From Dehalococcoidia bacterium (GTDB lineage: Bacteria > Chloroflexota > Dehalococcoidia > Lucifugimonadales > UBA3495), in the NCBI GenBank assembly GCA_965203855.1, contig CBDBDN010000005.1, positions 321,804 to 385,803 on the forward strand: a stretch of 64,000 nucleotides of DNA. The letters are read 5' to 3'. Positions 54,803 to 64,000 of this stretch are shown here, in pieces. The notes under the pieces were generated by a model. That model saw only the letters and a program-made list of their open reading frames with translations. It was not told the DNA's origin and did no database searches. Position numbers and translations under genes: made by a program. Each line of letters opens with the position of its first letter. Position 1 is the stretch's first letter.

Positions 54803-56359
54803 CTACTCCCATTCAATAGTGCCGGGCGGCTTGCTGGTAATGTCATAAACCACCCGATTCACCCCGTCCACTTCGTTGACGATGCGGCTGCTGATGCGGG
54901 CCAGCACCTCGTAAGGCAGGCGCACCCAGTCCGCAGTCATCGCATCCTCGGAATTGACGGCGCGGATGACGCAGGCGTAGCCGTAAGTGCGGTAGTCGCC
55001 CATCACGCCCACTGTGCGGTTGTCGGTGAGTACGGCGAAACTCTGCCAGATGTCCCGGTACAGGCCGGCGGCGGCAATTTCCTCCAGCACGATATAGTCG
55101 CAGCGGCGCAGCAAGTTCAGTTTCTCGGCGGTTACTTCGCCGATGATGCGGATGGCCAGGCCCGGCCCCGGAAAAGGCTGCCGATATACAATATCTTCCG
55201 GCAGGCCCAGCTCCAGGCCGATGGCGCGCACTTCATCTTTGAACAGATACCGCAGCGGCTCTACCAGCTCAAAGTCCATATGCTCCGGCAGTCCGCCCAC
55301 ATTGTGATGCGACTTGATACGCGCCGAGGCCCGGTTCTCCGGCGTTTCGCTCTCAATCACATCGGGATACAGCGTGCCTTGCGCCAGCCACTTCACAGCG
55401 TCAAGTTCGCCGGCGGCGTCCTCAAATACGCGGATGAATTCCTCGCCGATGGCTTTGCGCTTGCTTTCCGGGTCAGTTATCCCCGCCAGCCGGCGAATGA
55501 AACGGGCTTCGGCGTCAACATAACGGAGGTCAAGCCCGAAGTTCCGTCGGAAAGTTTCCTGTACCTGTTCCGGTTCGCCTTGCCGCAGCAGCCCGTTGTT
55601 GACGAATATGCAGGTCAGCTGCGGCCCGATGGCCCGGTGCAGCAGCAGCGCCGCTACTGACGAATCCACGCCGCCGCTGAGAGCGCAGATTACCCGTTCC
55701 GCGCCCACCTGCTCCCGGATGCGGGCTATGCTGTCGGCAACGAAATTGCCGGGCGTCCAGTTCGGCGCGCAGCCGCAAATATCCCGCACAAAGTTATGCA
55801 GAATCGTCGTGCCGTCCGGCGTATGCTGCACTTCGGGATGAAACTGCAACCCGTGCCACCGCCGCCCGTCGGATATGGCGGCGCAATCGGTGTTGGCGGT
55901 GCGGGCGACGGCGCGCATCCCGTCGGGCAACCGTTCCACTTGGTCACCGTGGCTCATCCATACCGGCATCCGGTCGGGCAGGCCGTCCAAGAGCCCACCG
56001 CCTGGCCGGTCCGTAACTTCCAGTTCGGCGGAGCCGTACTCCCGGCGGTCGCCCGGCGCGACCGTTCCTCCCAGCCGCAATGCTAACGCCTGCATCCCGT
56101 AGCAGATGCCCAGCACGGGCAGCCGGCAGTCCAGTATCCATTCCGGGACTGCCGGCGCGCCGGGGTCGTACACGCTGGCCGGCCCGCCGGACAAGATGAC
56201 GCCTTTCGGATTGAGCCGGCCGACCGCATCCCAAGTCGCCCCGGCGGGAACGATTTCCGAGTACACGCTCAATTCACGCACCCGCCGGGCAATCAGATGC
56301 GTGTACTGCGAGCCGAAATCAACGACTACGATAGCGTCCGGTTGGGTTGCGCCGTTCAT
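54803..56359 (-). CDS. guaA: GMP synthase (glutamine-hydrolysing)
   Basis: Start at [29 protein letters not shown]. Matching segments are [15 protein letters not shown] and a C-terminal KPPGTIEWE. Confidence 0.95.
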   Translation of the reverse strand: MNGATQPDAIVVVDFGSQYTHLIARRVRELSVYSEIVPAGATWDAVGRLNPKGVILSGGPASVYDPGAPAVPEWILDCRLPVLGICYGMQALALRLGGTVAPGDRREYGSAELEVTDRPGGGLLDGLPDRMPVWMSHGDQVERLPDGMRAVARTANTDCAAISDGRRWHGLQFHPEVQHTPDGTTILHNFVRDICGCAPNWTPGNFVADSIARIREQVGAERVICALSGGVDSSVAALLLHRAIGPQLTCIFVNNGLLRQGEPEQVQETFRRNFGLDLRYVDAEARFIRRLAGITDPESKRKAIGEEFIRVFEDAAGELDAVKWLAQGTLYPDVIESETPENRASARIKSHHNVGGLPEHMDFELVEPLRYLFKDEVRAIGLELGLPEDIVYRQPFPGPGLAIRIIGEVTAEKLNLLRRCDYIVLEEIAAAGLYRDIWQSFAVLTDNRTVGVMGDYRTYGYACVIRAVNSEDAMTADWVRLPYEVLARISSRIVNEVDGVNRVVYDITSKPPGTIEWE

Positions 56360-56506
56360 AAAGCAAGCCTGCAATATCCTGAACTGAAAATCGGCAAAAT
56401 GCGCCGCCCATATTAGCACATCCGGCTCCGGCCCGGTAAGCGAAAAATCCAGCGTCTCACCCGTCGTTCCAGACCCCAACCGTCATTACAACACCCCCAA
56501 CCATAG

Positions 56507-56575
56507 ATTCCGGCTTTCGCCGGAATGACGGTGAATTGGGGAATGACGATAGAGAGGCCGGAATCACGATTGGAG
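56507..56575. repeat. REP-like palindrome copy with trailing GGAATGACG half-sites
   Basis: ATTCCGGCTTTCGCCGGAATGACGGTGAATTGGGGAATGACG...GGCCGGAATCACG. Confidence 0.65.
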
Positions 56576-56590
56576 GGCCGGCTGCGGGAT

Positions 56591-57171
56591 TTACTGGCAC
56601 CACATCATATTGGCCCAGCGGATGTACTGCCCGCCTCTGGCCGGAACGGCCGCTACCACCGCACTCAGGAGCCGGTAGCGGGTTGTGCCAACCTGTACAA
56701 AATCAGAGTTGGGAGTGGTGTCTCCGGGACTCCAGGGCGTATCAGCAAATCTGACAAATTGCCCGGTGTTGGGAGCAAGGTAATAATTGTTGGGGCTGGT
56801 TCTGTGAAAGACCCGGCCCATTGCGAGTACGTATGTGTGGGGCGTCGTAAGAGTGCTCCGTGCGTAACCTTGCTGCCTGGTAAGACTTAAATCAACCTCA
56901 TAGCGGGCGGGTATGGCATCTATGGCCGCGACATAACCGCTGCGTTCCAGCACAATCAGCCAGCCGCTGTCGCTGTTGCCGCAGTTATACGCCGCCTGTC
57001 CGTCGCGGACATTGTAGTAACGGGGCTGCTGCCCGTATTCCTGGCAAACCCGCTGCGTGTAAGTGTAGCCGCCTAGGCTGGTAGCTTTATCGGGGGGGGC
57101 AGAATTCCGATGGCGATGACGGCGGCGAAAATGCCGATGCCGGCCGCGGCTACTGCAATTTTACTCAACAT
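56591..57171 (-). pseudogene. Signal-anchored secreted or surface protein, frame broken at a C8/G8 run
   Basis: AGGAGGA plus the ATG at 57171 gives MLSKIAVAAAGIGIFAAVIAIGILPPP and stops 6 codons after the run (57092-57099). With 9 C the frame runs on into ORF 56591..56953. Confidence 0.6.
57092..57099. repeat. 8-nt poly-G (poly-C on the coding strand) tract
   Basis: Counted directly: tatc + 8 G + cagaatt. Confidence 0.95.
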
Positions 57172-57414
57172 GATGCTGTTTCCTCCTGGCGTCGGGATAA
57201 TTCCCATAGGTGCGCGGAGGCCGATTATATCATAAGACAGTCCGGGTGTCGCAGCGGTCTATACCTCGGCAAAATCCAAAATCCCGTTCATCCCCTTTAT
57301 TCATGCCATCACCCCCCCGCCCTCAAATCACCGGGCCGGCATCCGGTTGCTCTACCGCAATCACGGTGATAGCATAACCCGCGCGGCAGTACGATATATT
57401 TTTAGGAGATAACG

Positions 57415-57520
57415 ATGCCATCCAGCAACCACAATCTGTTTGACCTTACCGGGCGCGTCGCCCTGATTACCGGCGGCAACGGCGGCCTCGGCCTGGCCAT
57501 GGCCCTGGGGGTATCCCGCG
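57415..57520 (+). pseudogene. N-terminal fragment of a short-chain dehydrogenase/reductase
   Basis: AGGAG plus ATG, then [32 protein letters not shown] (TGxxxGxG Rossmann motif). Similarity ends where the inverted guaA-5' copy begins. Confidence 0.6.
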
Positions 57521-57532
57521 CCGTTGCCCATG

Positions 57533-57722
57533 TACACGCTCAACTCCCGCACCCGCCGGGCAATCAGATGCGTGTACTGCGATCCGAAATCAACGACTAC
57601 TATAGCGTCCGGTTGGGCGGCGTCGTACATAAAGCAAGCCTGCAATATCCTAAACTGGAAATCGGCAAAATGCGCCGCCCATATTAGCACATCCGGCTCC
57701 GGCCCGGTAAGCGAAAAATCCG
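57533..57722. repeat. 190-bp second copy of the guaA 5' end plus its upstream region (original at 56261-56450)
   Basis: The two are near-identical by direct comparison. The copy encodes [33 protein letters not shown] on the minus strand. Confidence 0.9.
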
Positions 57723-57907
57723 TCGGCGTTTCCGGCAGGTGGTACAGTCAAATTATGAATCACTACCGGCCGGCGTATGTTTTCGCTATTCCGACGCCCC
57801 TAATCGGAATGACGGTTGGGGGTATTGACACCGATGGACAGGATGGACGGGATTTTGGATTCCGGCTTGCGCCGGCGTTGGGTGTCCTGCTGCGCTGATG
57901 CCGTACA

Positions 57908-59404
57908 ATGGGCGCTATGCCCGCATCTGCCTGCCCGGAAACTGAACCGACGCCTGCTGCCAGCTCTGGCCAAAGCGCCTGGCATACCTTGACGCTGGCC
58001 GGCGCGGCTGCGCTGGGTATGATGCTGGCGTCGCTGGATTTTTCGGTGAATGTGGCGCTGCCGGCTTTTCGCGATGCGTTTGGCGTTGACCTGGCCGCCG
58101 TGCAGTGGGTCATTGTGGTGTTCATCGCGACGCGGGCCGGGCTGGCGCTGGGCGCCGGAGCCTTTGCCGACCGTTTCAGCCTGCGCGCGGTGTATCTGTT
58201 CGGCACGGCGGTCTATCTGGCGTCAATGGCCTGCCTGTCGCTGTCGCCTACTTTGGAAGCGATGGTGGGGTTCCGCGTCGTGCAGGCGGTGGGAACGGGC
58301 TGCTTGTACAGCACGGCGCCGGCCATCGCCGCGCGGGTGTTCCCGGAGCATAGGAGAGGCCTGTCAATGGGGTTCACTTCGGCCAGCCTGGCCTTGGGGA
58401 TGGTGGCGTCCACGCTGGCCGCCGGGGCGCTGGTGCAGAGCTACGGCTGGCCGGCGGTGTACTGGGGCCGGATTCCGCTGGCGGCGTTGGCATTGGCCGC
58501 CGGCCTGTTGAGCGTACCAGGCCGCCGCGTAACTGCGCCCAATACGGATACGGGAGCCGCAGCGTCATCCGCATCAGCGCGCCGTTTTGACTTGGCGGGA
58601 GCGACGCTGACGCTGGCGCTGCTGCTGTGCCTGATGATCGGGCTGAGGCTGGGGCAGGCCATCGGCTGGACGGATCCGGCAGTGATTGCGCTGCTGGCCG
58701 CCGCGCCCGTCGTGCTGGCGGCGCTGATAGCGGCAGAACGGCGGGCGGCTAATCCGGTGCTGCCGGGGACGCTGGCGCGGCTGGGGGGATTTCGCACGGC
58801 GACATTAGCGATGTTTCTGGGGCATTTCGCGCAGTTCGTCATCTGGTTCATATTTCCGTTCTACATCACAGATGCGCTGGGGCGGGGGTCGGTTACGCTG
58901 GGGATAATGCTGGCGACGATTTCCACAGCGAACATACTGTCGTCGCCCATCGGGGGCTGGCTTTGCGACCGCTGGAATGTGCGTCCGGTGGGCGCGCTGG
59001 GGCTGTGCGCGGTGGCAGCCGGGCTGCTGGCGATGTCGTTGCTGGACGGGGCATCGGCAATTTGGCATCCGGCGGCGGCCATCGCCGTAGTGGGGCTGGG
59101 AATTGGCTGGTTCCAATCGGCGGCTTATGCCTTGATGCTGGGAAGCGTGCCGTCGGAACGCTACGGCACGGCATCGGGGGCGATGTCGCTGGCGCAGGCG
59201 TCGGGAACCGTGCTTTGCGTGGCGGTAGTGGGAGCAGTGTTCGCCGCCCTGAATGATCATTACGCCGGCGGAGGCGCGACGGCAGCGGAAGCGTTTCTGC
59301 TGGCCTATCGGGATGCTTTTCGCATCGGGGCGGCGACGGCGGCGACGGCGGCGCTGTGGTTCGGGTTGAGGGCGCGGCGGCCGGCGCTGCGGTTCGCATC
59401 CTAA
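57908..59404 (+). CDS. MFS transporter (14-TM DHA2/EmrB-like)
   Basis: About 14 hydrophobic segments and a drug:H+ antiporter-like layout. Confidence 0.8.
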   Translation: MGAMPASACPETEPTPAASSGQSAWHTLTLAGAAALGMMLASLDFSVNVALPAFRDAFGVDLAAVQWVIVVFIATRAGLALGAGAFADRFSLRAVYLFGTAVYLASMACLSLSPTLEAMVGFRVVQAVGTGCLYSTAPAIAARVFPEHRRGLSMGFTSASLALGMVASTLAAGALVQSYGWPAVYWGRIPLAALALAAGLLSVPGRRVTAPNTDTGAAASSASARRFDLAGATLTLALLLCLMIGLRLGQAIGWTDPAVIALLAAAPVVLAALIAAERRAANPVLPGTLARLGGFRTATLAMFLGHFAQFVIWFIFPFYITDALGRGSVTLGIMLATISTANILSSPIGGWLCDRWNVRPVGALGLCAVAAGLLAMSLLDGASAIWHPAAAIAVVGLGIGWFQSAAYALMLGSVPSERYGTASGAMSLAQASGTVLCVAVVGAVFAALNDHYAGGGATAAEAFLLAYRDAFRIGAATAATAALWFGLRARRPALRFAS

Positions 59405-59544
59405 CCGGGCGGCGCCGGCGCAGTGGCAGCAGGTTGGCGTTTCGTGTATCATTGCTTGGCGGCGAAATCTTTGGCAGCGAAACCCGTTGCATTTGGCGGA
59501 CGGACGGTCTGAAAATCTACATCTATTGAGGGGCGGTATTGACG

Positions 59545-60687
59545 ATGGCGACTACCAAGAGGCGCGTTACCAAGCCGGTATATGTGGGCGGCGTGAAAGT
59601 CGGCGGGAACGCCGATATATCCGTGCAGTCAATGACCAAAACCGACACGCGGGATGTGAAAGCGACGGTGCGGCAGATTCACGAGCTGGAGGAAGCCGGC
59701 TGCGAAATCATCCGCTCTGCCGTCCCCGATATGGAGGCGGCGCAGGCGATGGGGGAAATCAAGAAGCGGATACGCATTCCGCTCATCGCCGACATTCATT
59801 TTCACTACCAGCTGGCGTTGGAGTGCGCGGCCGGCGGAGTGGACTGCCTGCGTCTGAATCCCGGCAATCTCCGCAACCCCGACCAGGTGCGCCAGGTGGT
59901 GCGCGCCGCCCAGGAACGGAACATACCTATCCGCATCGGCGTCAACTTTGGCAGCCTGCCCCCGGTGGGGGGCATCGGGCGGACGCGGGGGTTCTCCCGG
60001 CATATGGATCTGGTGAACCGCCTGCCCAAAGCCGGGGAGGCGCAGTCCGGCGATTACAGCGTGGTTGACCATATGGTGGCTACTGCGCTCTGGGAAATCA
60101 GCCTGCTGGAGGAGCAGGATTTTGAGCAAATCAAGATTTCAATGAAAGCGTTTGATGTGCCGACTACGGTAGAAGCGTACCGGCGGCTGGCCGAGATGGT
60201 GCCATACCCGCTGCATCTGGGCATTACCGAGGCCGGCACGGTGCAGTCGGGTTCCATTCGCACTGCGGTCGGTTTGGGAGTGCTGCTTTACGAGGGCATT
60301 GGCGATACTATTCGCGTGTCCCTCAGCGGCGACAGCGTGGAGGAAGTAACCGCCGGCTATGAGATATTGAAGTCGCTGAACCTGCGGGACAAAGGGACTA
60401 CGCTGGTGGCCTGCCCCAGCTGCGGACGGGCCGATGTTGATGTGGTGAAGCTGGCCAATGATGTGGACGCTTTGCTGAAGCGCAGCGACAAGAATATCAA
60501 GGTGGCCGTGATGGGGTGCGAAGTGAACGGCCCCGGGGAGGCGAAAGACGCCGATGTGGGCATTGCGGCGGGCGCCGGACGGGCTATTATATTCCGCAAA
60601 GGGGAGAAAATCCGAGTTGTGCCGGAAGCCGAAATGCTTACGGCGCTGATGGAGGAGATTGAAAAGACGCCGGTGGGAGTTCAGTAG
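59545..60687 (+). CDS. ispG: 4-hydroxy-3-methylbut-2-en-1-yl diphosphate synthase
   Basis: Matching segments are VQSMTKTDT, PLIADIHF, LRLNPGN, CPSCGR and GCEVNGPGE. Confidence 0.95.
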   Translation: MATTKRRVTKPVYVGGVKVGGNADISVQSMTKTDTRDVKATVRQIHELEEAGCEIIRSAVPDMEAAQAMGEIKKRIRIPLIADIHFHYQLALECAAGGVDCLRLNPGNLRNPDQVRQVVRAAQERNIPIRIGVNFGSLPPVGGIGRTRGFSRHMDLVNRLPKAGEAQSGDYSVVDHMVATALWEISLLEEQDFEQIKISMKAFDVPTTVEAYRRLAEMVPYPLHLGITEAGTVQSGSIRTAVGLGVLLYEGIGDTIRVSLSGDSVEEVTAGYEILKSLNLRDKGTTLVACPSCGRADVDVVKLANDVDALLKRSDKNIKVAVMGCEVNGPGEAKDADVGIAAGAGRAIIFRKGEKIRVVPEAEMLTALMEEIEKTPVGVQ

Positions 60688-60696
60688 CGCGTCGCT

Positions 60697-60999
60697 ATGT
60701 ATGAAATCCTGCGTACACCGGAATTTGACGAATGGCTGAACGCCCTTGCCCCGGCGGCGACGGTTCGGGTTTCCCGGGCGTTGTCGCGTATGGTTGAAGG
60801 TAATTGGGGCGATTACAAACCCCTAGCCGGCACCCAGGGCATTTTTGAACGGCGTCTGATAGGCAGAGGGCCGGGCATACGGCTGTACTTTTGCCGGCAA
60901 GGCAATCGCATCATAATAATACTGGCGGGCGGTGGTAAATCTACGCAGGAGCGCAGGGACATCAACCGAGCCCGCCTGATTCGTGAACGTTATCTATGA
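60697..60999 (+). CDS. RelE/ParE-superfamily addiction-module killer protein (HigB-like)
   Basis: 100 aa. The pattern F..WL..L......+v......L..G..GD.K.l......E.R......G.R.YF......IIILL.GG.K..Q..DI..A fits TPEFDEWL...GIRLYFCRQGNRIIIILAGGGKSTQERRDINRA. Confidence 0.8.
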   Translation: MYEILRTPEFDEWLNALAPAATVRVSRALSRMVEGNWGDYKPLAGTQGIFERRLIGRGPGIRLYFCRQGNRIIIILAGGGKSTQERRDINRARLIRERYL

Positions 61000-61012
61000 T
61001 GGAGACGGAACA

Positions 61013-61216
61013 ATGACGCTTACCAGACATGATGATGCTACCCGCGCGCGAGTGCAAAGGGATCCGGAATTCGCTCGCCTCTGGCGTGAGGCGGCGATTG
61101 AGCTTTTGGACGGCGATGATGTGGACCGGCGCGTTGCGAGGCGTATATTGAGCGATCATTTCGGCATGACGGATGATGAAATCAACGCCTTGCCGGTCAA
61201 AGAGGCCGCCGCGTGA
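61013..61216 (+). CDS. Short antitoxin-like protein lacking an obvious HTH
   Basis: DPEFARLWREAAIELLDGDD resembles the N-terminal part of HigA-type antidote proteins. The protein ends after ~67 aa. Confidence 0.45.
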   Translation: MTLTRHDDATRARVQRDPEFARLWREAAIELLDGDDVDRRVARRILSDHFGMTDDEINALPVKEAAA

Positions 61217-61389
61217 CCGACGCTGAAAGCGACGAACCGGCGCGCACCGTGGCAACGGAATGGTCGCGCGCATCCGTACTATCCTGGAAAGGCGGGAGCG
61301 CTTTGGTTATATTAGCCGGGGGCGACAAGGCATCTCAGCAACGGAGTGATGTTACCAAGGCGCGGCGTATTGGACTACGCTACCAATAA
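61213..61389 (+). pseudogene. Truncated RelE-type killer remnant
   Basis: The 58-codon frame ends VILAGGDKASQQRSDVTKARRIGLRYQ*, matching the C-terminus of 60697..60999. The N-terminal two thirds are missing. Confidence 0.55.
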
Positions 61390-61410
61390 ATGCGGAACGG
61401 GGAGTACCTT

Positions 61411-61614
61411 ATGCAGTTGACCCGACACGATGACTACGCTAGAGACCGGGCGGCACGTGACCCGGAATTCGCACGATTGCGGTATCAAACAGCGATTGAA
61501 CTACTTGACGGCAACGATGAGGACCGCCGCATCGCCTTGAGGATACTCCGCGACCAGCTCGGCTTGCCTAACGATGCAATCCGGGAACTGCAACGCAAAG
61601 AGGCGACGGCATGA
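61411..61614 (+). CDS. Short antitoxin-like protein, paralogue of 61013..61216
   Basis: MQLTRHDDYARDRAARDPEFARLRYQTAIELLDGNDEDRR. Its stop overlaps the ATG of the next gene (ATGA). Confidence 0.45.
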   Translation: MQLTRHDDYARDRAARDPEFARLRYQTAIELLDGNDEDRRIALRILRDQLGLPNDAIRELQRKEATA

Positions 61615-62834
61615 CCGATGCGATTGCGCCGTCTGCCGTAGCTGCGCTGGAGGATGGCGGCATAGCGGAGCTGCCGTCCGAAAGGGCCGCCTTGCGCCGC
61701 CATCTGCTGGACGCCGTGGCGCGTATCCGGCCCGTCCTGGAGGCGGACGCGGAGGCTAACGATGCGGGGGGAACGCTGGCCTGGACTTCGGCAGCGGCTT
61801 TGTACCGGGAGGGGCTGCTGTCGCTCAAAGTGCCGCGGGAGCTGGGCGGCCCGGAGGTTGACCCGCTGCTGTATTTGGAGCTGGTTGACGAACTGTCTTA
61901 TATCAATCCGTCGGCCGGCTGGTGTTCTTTTATCAACAGCACCAGCACGGCGTGGAAAGGGGCTTTCCTGCCCGATGCCGGCGTAGCGCAGATATTCGGC
62001 GGGGGCCGTATGCCCATTGCGTCCGGGTCGATAATTCCGCGCGGGCTGGGGACGCCGACGGCCGGCGGCTGGCGGGTCAGCGGACGCTGGCCGTTTGCCA
62101 GCGGGTCGGCGCATTCGTCCTGGCTGTCGGCCGGCTTTCGCATCGTGCGGGACGGCGCGCCGGGGCCGGAGCATATGATACTGGCCGTTCCTACCGCCGC
62201 CGTGCAGTTTCTGGACAACTGGCAGGTGATGGGGCTGAAAGGCACCGGGAGCCGCGATTTTGTACTGGCCGACTATTTTGTGCCAGAGGAGATGGCGTTT
62301 GACCTGCTGAATACGGATCCGCGGCGGGGCGGGGCGCTGTTCTGGCTGGGGCGTCCGGGGTTCGTGACTAGCGACCATGCTGCCTTTGCGCTGGGCGTAG
62401 GCCGCCGGGCGCTGGACGAAATTGCGCGGCAGGCCGGCTCTTATCAGCGGGGTTATCTGACATCGCCAATCGCACAGCGGGGCGCGCTGCAACACGACTT
62501 GGGACGGTGCGACCAGCAGCTGCGGGCGGCCCGCGCGCTGTGCCAGGAGGCGTTGCAAGAGGCGTGGGAGTTCTGCCGGCGCCGGGAGCGGCCTGACCTG
62601 GAACGGCAGCTGCGACTGCGCGCCGCCTGCGCCTACGCTACCGACATCGCTTGCCAGGTAACGGCGGCGGCGTTCCGCTACGGGGGCGGCGATGCCATCT
62701 ATAATGACCGGGTTTTGCAGCGGTGCTTGCGGGACATCAACGCCGCCGCCCAGCATTTTATGGTCAACAGCAGCGCATACGACAACCTGGGGCAGTTCCG
62801 GCTGGGGCTGACCGGCGTCAACGCGATGGGGTGA
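61611..62834 (+). CDS. Acyl-CoA dehydrogenase-family flavoprotein
   Basis: 407 aa with the three-domain ACAD layout. SGRWPFASG and a C-terminal helical domain are typical of group-D flavin monooxygenase / ACAD type 2 proteins. Confidence 0.75.
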   Translation: MTDAIAPSAVAALEDGGIAELPSERAALRRHLLDAVARIRPVLEADAEANDAGGTLAWTSAAALYREGLLSLKVPRELGGPEVDPLLYLELVDELSYINPSAGWCSFINSTSTAWKGAFLPDAGVAQIFGGGRMPIASGSIIPRGLGTPTAGGWRVSGRWPFASGSAHSSWLSAGFRIVRDGAPGPEHMILAVPTAAVQFLDNWQVMGLKGTGSRDFVLADYFVPEEMAFDLLNTDPRRGGALFWLGRPGFVTSDHAAFALGVGRRALDEIARQAGSYQRGYLTSPIAQRGALQHDLGRCDQQLRAARALCQEALQEAWEFCRRRERPDLERQLRLRAACAYATDIACQVTAAAFRYGGGDAIYNDRVLQRCLRDINAAAQHFMVNSSAYDNLGQFRLGLTGVNAMG

Positions 62835-62839
62835 AACTG

Positions 62840-64000
62840 ATGATGCGGTTCTTGCGGTCGCGGACGACAGGAGGGTCGGAGGCGGCGGAAAAATTGGACG
62901 CAGACCACGGCCTGACTGCGCTTCCTCTGCCGGCTATGAAACCGGATTGGTATGGCAACGCTGTTGCCATTGCCGGATACGGCTTGCTGTGCCTGCAAGT
63001 TATATTTTTCATTGCGCTGGCCCTTACCGAACCGTATGCGTACCGGGCGCTGGCGAGAGAGACCACCGCAGTGGAAATCTTTACGGCGGTATGGTATGGA
63101 TGCGGCGGCTTGCTCTTGATCGTTGTCGCCATTAGGGAAAAAGTGGTATTGACGCGCAGCATATACGCTCTGGGCGCCGTTGTGATGATATTTATTGCCG
63201 GCGAGGAAATCAACTATGGTCAATTTTTTTTGAAATTTCCGACGCCGGATTTTCTGGCTAATACTAATGATCTGGGTCAATTCAATGTTCACAATATCTA
63301 TGGCGACCATCGGAATTTGACTGCTCCTATTTTCCGAAACTGCCGGCTGGTATTGTGCATTGTAGCTATTGTTGCGCTTTTTCTCGGCAAAGAACGGCTG
63401 CTCGGCATTCCTTTGCCTTCAATGCCGTTGATACTGGGCATTATTGTAGCGGAATCATACGTGCATTTTTCCAACTGGATCAATACAGGGGATTTTCTTT
63501 TCGAGTCAACCAATATACTGCTGGTGGTTATAGCAGTTTATGCTATAATCACCAAACAGGTCAAGGCGCTCCCGACTTGCCTTTCTGTTATCGCCATTGT
63601 CATTGCAACAGCTTATGCTATGACTTTCATTCGCATAGGCAGCATTCCAGGGCACAAGCATCTTGAATTCCAGGAATATCTATACGCATTTGTTGCTTTG
63701 TGGTATGCCATTGAGCTGTGGCTGGGGCAGAGGCGGCTGTCCACATTTTCGGCAGTCCCAATAAAGGGCCTGCGGACGGCCGCAGCAATCAGCCGTCGCT
63801 GGGCTGGGCCGGTGGTATGCGTTTTGACGATTGCCGCCAGCGTCGGGTTGGCCCTGTTCGTGTATTTCGGCATTGAGCGTAACGACAGCTATTTTGATAG
63901 GCTCTATTATCAAGCAGTCGACGGTTTGAAGCCGATCGAACGCGCGACTTTTGATATTTACATCGAAAAGGGTAATCTGTATTACATTAAAGAGGGTTGC
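62840..64000 (+). CDS. Polytopic membrane protein, paralogue of 27338..29086, 3' end off the window edge
   Basis: I translated 387 codons without a stop, which is why it is absent from the ORF track. IFIAGEEINYGQFFLKFPTPDFL matches VFVAGEEISWGQRIIGFATPDYL. The last codons (FDIYIEKGNLYYIKEGC) begin the shared module. GC is lower than in the flanks. Confidence 0.65.
   Translation, partial: MMRFLRSRTTGGSEAAEKLDADHGLTALPLPAMKPDWYGNAVAIAGYGLLCLQVIFFIALALTEPYAYRALARETTAVEIFTAVWYGCGGLLLIVVAIREKVVLTRSIYALGAVVMIFIAGEEINYGQFFLKFPTPDFLANTNDLGQFNVHNIYGDHRNLTAPIFRNCRLVLCIVAIVALFLGKERLLGIPLPSMPLILGIIVAESYVHFSNWINTGDFLFESTNILLVVIAVYAIITKQVKALPTCLSVIAIVIATAYAMTFIRIGSIPGHKHLEFQEYLYAFVALWYAIELWLGQRRLSTFSAVPIKGLRTAAAISRRWAGPVVCVLTIAASVGLALFVYFGIERNDSYFDRLYYQAVDGLKPIERATFDIYIEKGNLYYIKEGC

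Noticed and set aside
56360-56480. Purine/guanine riboswitch in the guaA leader
   Set aside because: The ~50-nt leader is too short and lacks the conserved three-way-junction core. Only a promoter-like TTACCG-N18-TAATAT element is seen.

Overview
High-GC (roughly 60-65%) bacterial chromosomal window. Gene content and repeat style are reminiscent of Chloroflexota, but that cannot be proven without a database search. All calls come from reading the supplied translations and DNA by eye.

The housekeeping backbone has five parts:
- a five-gene peptide-type ABC importer operon (731-9448, minus strand);
- acs, dapB and a tandem universal stress protein;
- a 2-oxo-acid dehydrogenase E1alpha/E1beta/E2 plus lipB block (29.2-34.6 kb);
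- a dispersed purine cluster (purS, purC, purB, purE, purD, guaA; 44-56.4 kb, minus strand);
- ispG and an acyl-CoA dehydrogenase-like gene.

Small accessory cassettes are wedged into this backbone:
- two Uma2 nucleases and a dCTP-deaminase-like two-gene cassette inside the ABC operon;
- a toxin-antitoxin/nuclease islet at 15.8-18.9 kb (hicAB, a PIN pair, an HsdR_N-like protein, a VapB-like gene with a vapC remnant);
- a HEPN-like gene next to a DUF4411 + ImmA/IrrE-XRE pair between purB and purE;
- an acidic protein plus a partner between purE and purD;
- a duplicated RelE-type module at 60.7-61.6 kb.

The most unusual content is an envelope-related gene set: two GT-C-like paralogues, a 1189-aa GT-C-like protein, two SGNH hydrolase paralogues and two polytopic membrane proteins. 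Five of these genes share an unassigned ~100-115-aa C-terminal module, with at least 10 copies in the window. Long G/C homopolymers (14, 11 and 8 nt) lie in or near the 5' coding ends of three envelope genes.

Other features are several tandem segmental duplications that carry relics of the neighbouring gene's first codons, a dispersed REP-like palindrome family including a four-unit 84-bp array, an IS1-like remnant, and several frameshifted or nonsense genes. Every frameshift lies at a homopolymer, so sequencing error is a live alternative to biology.
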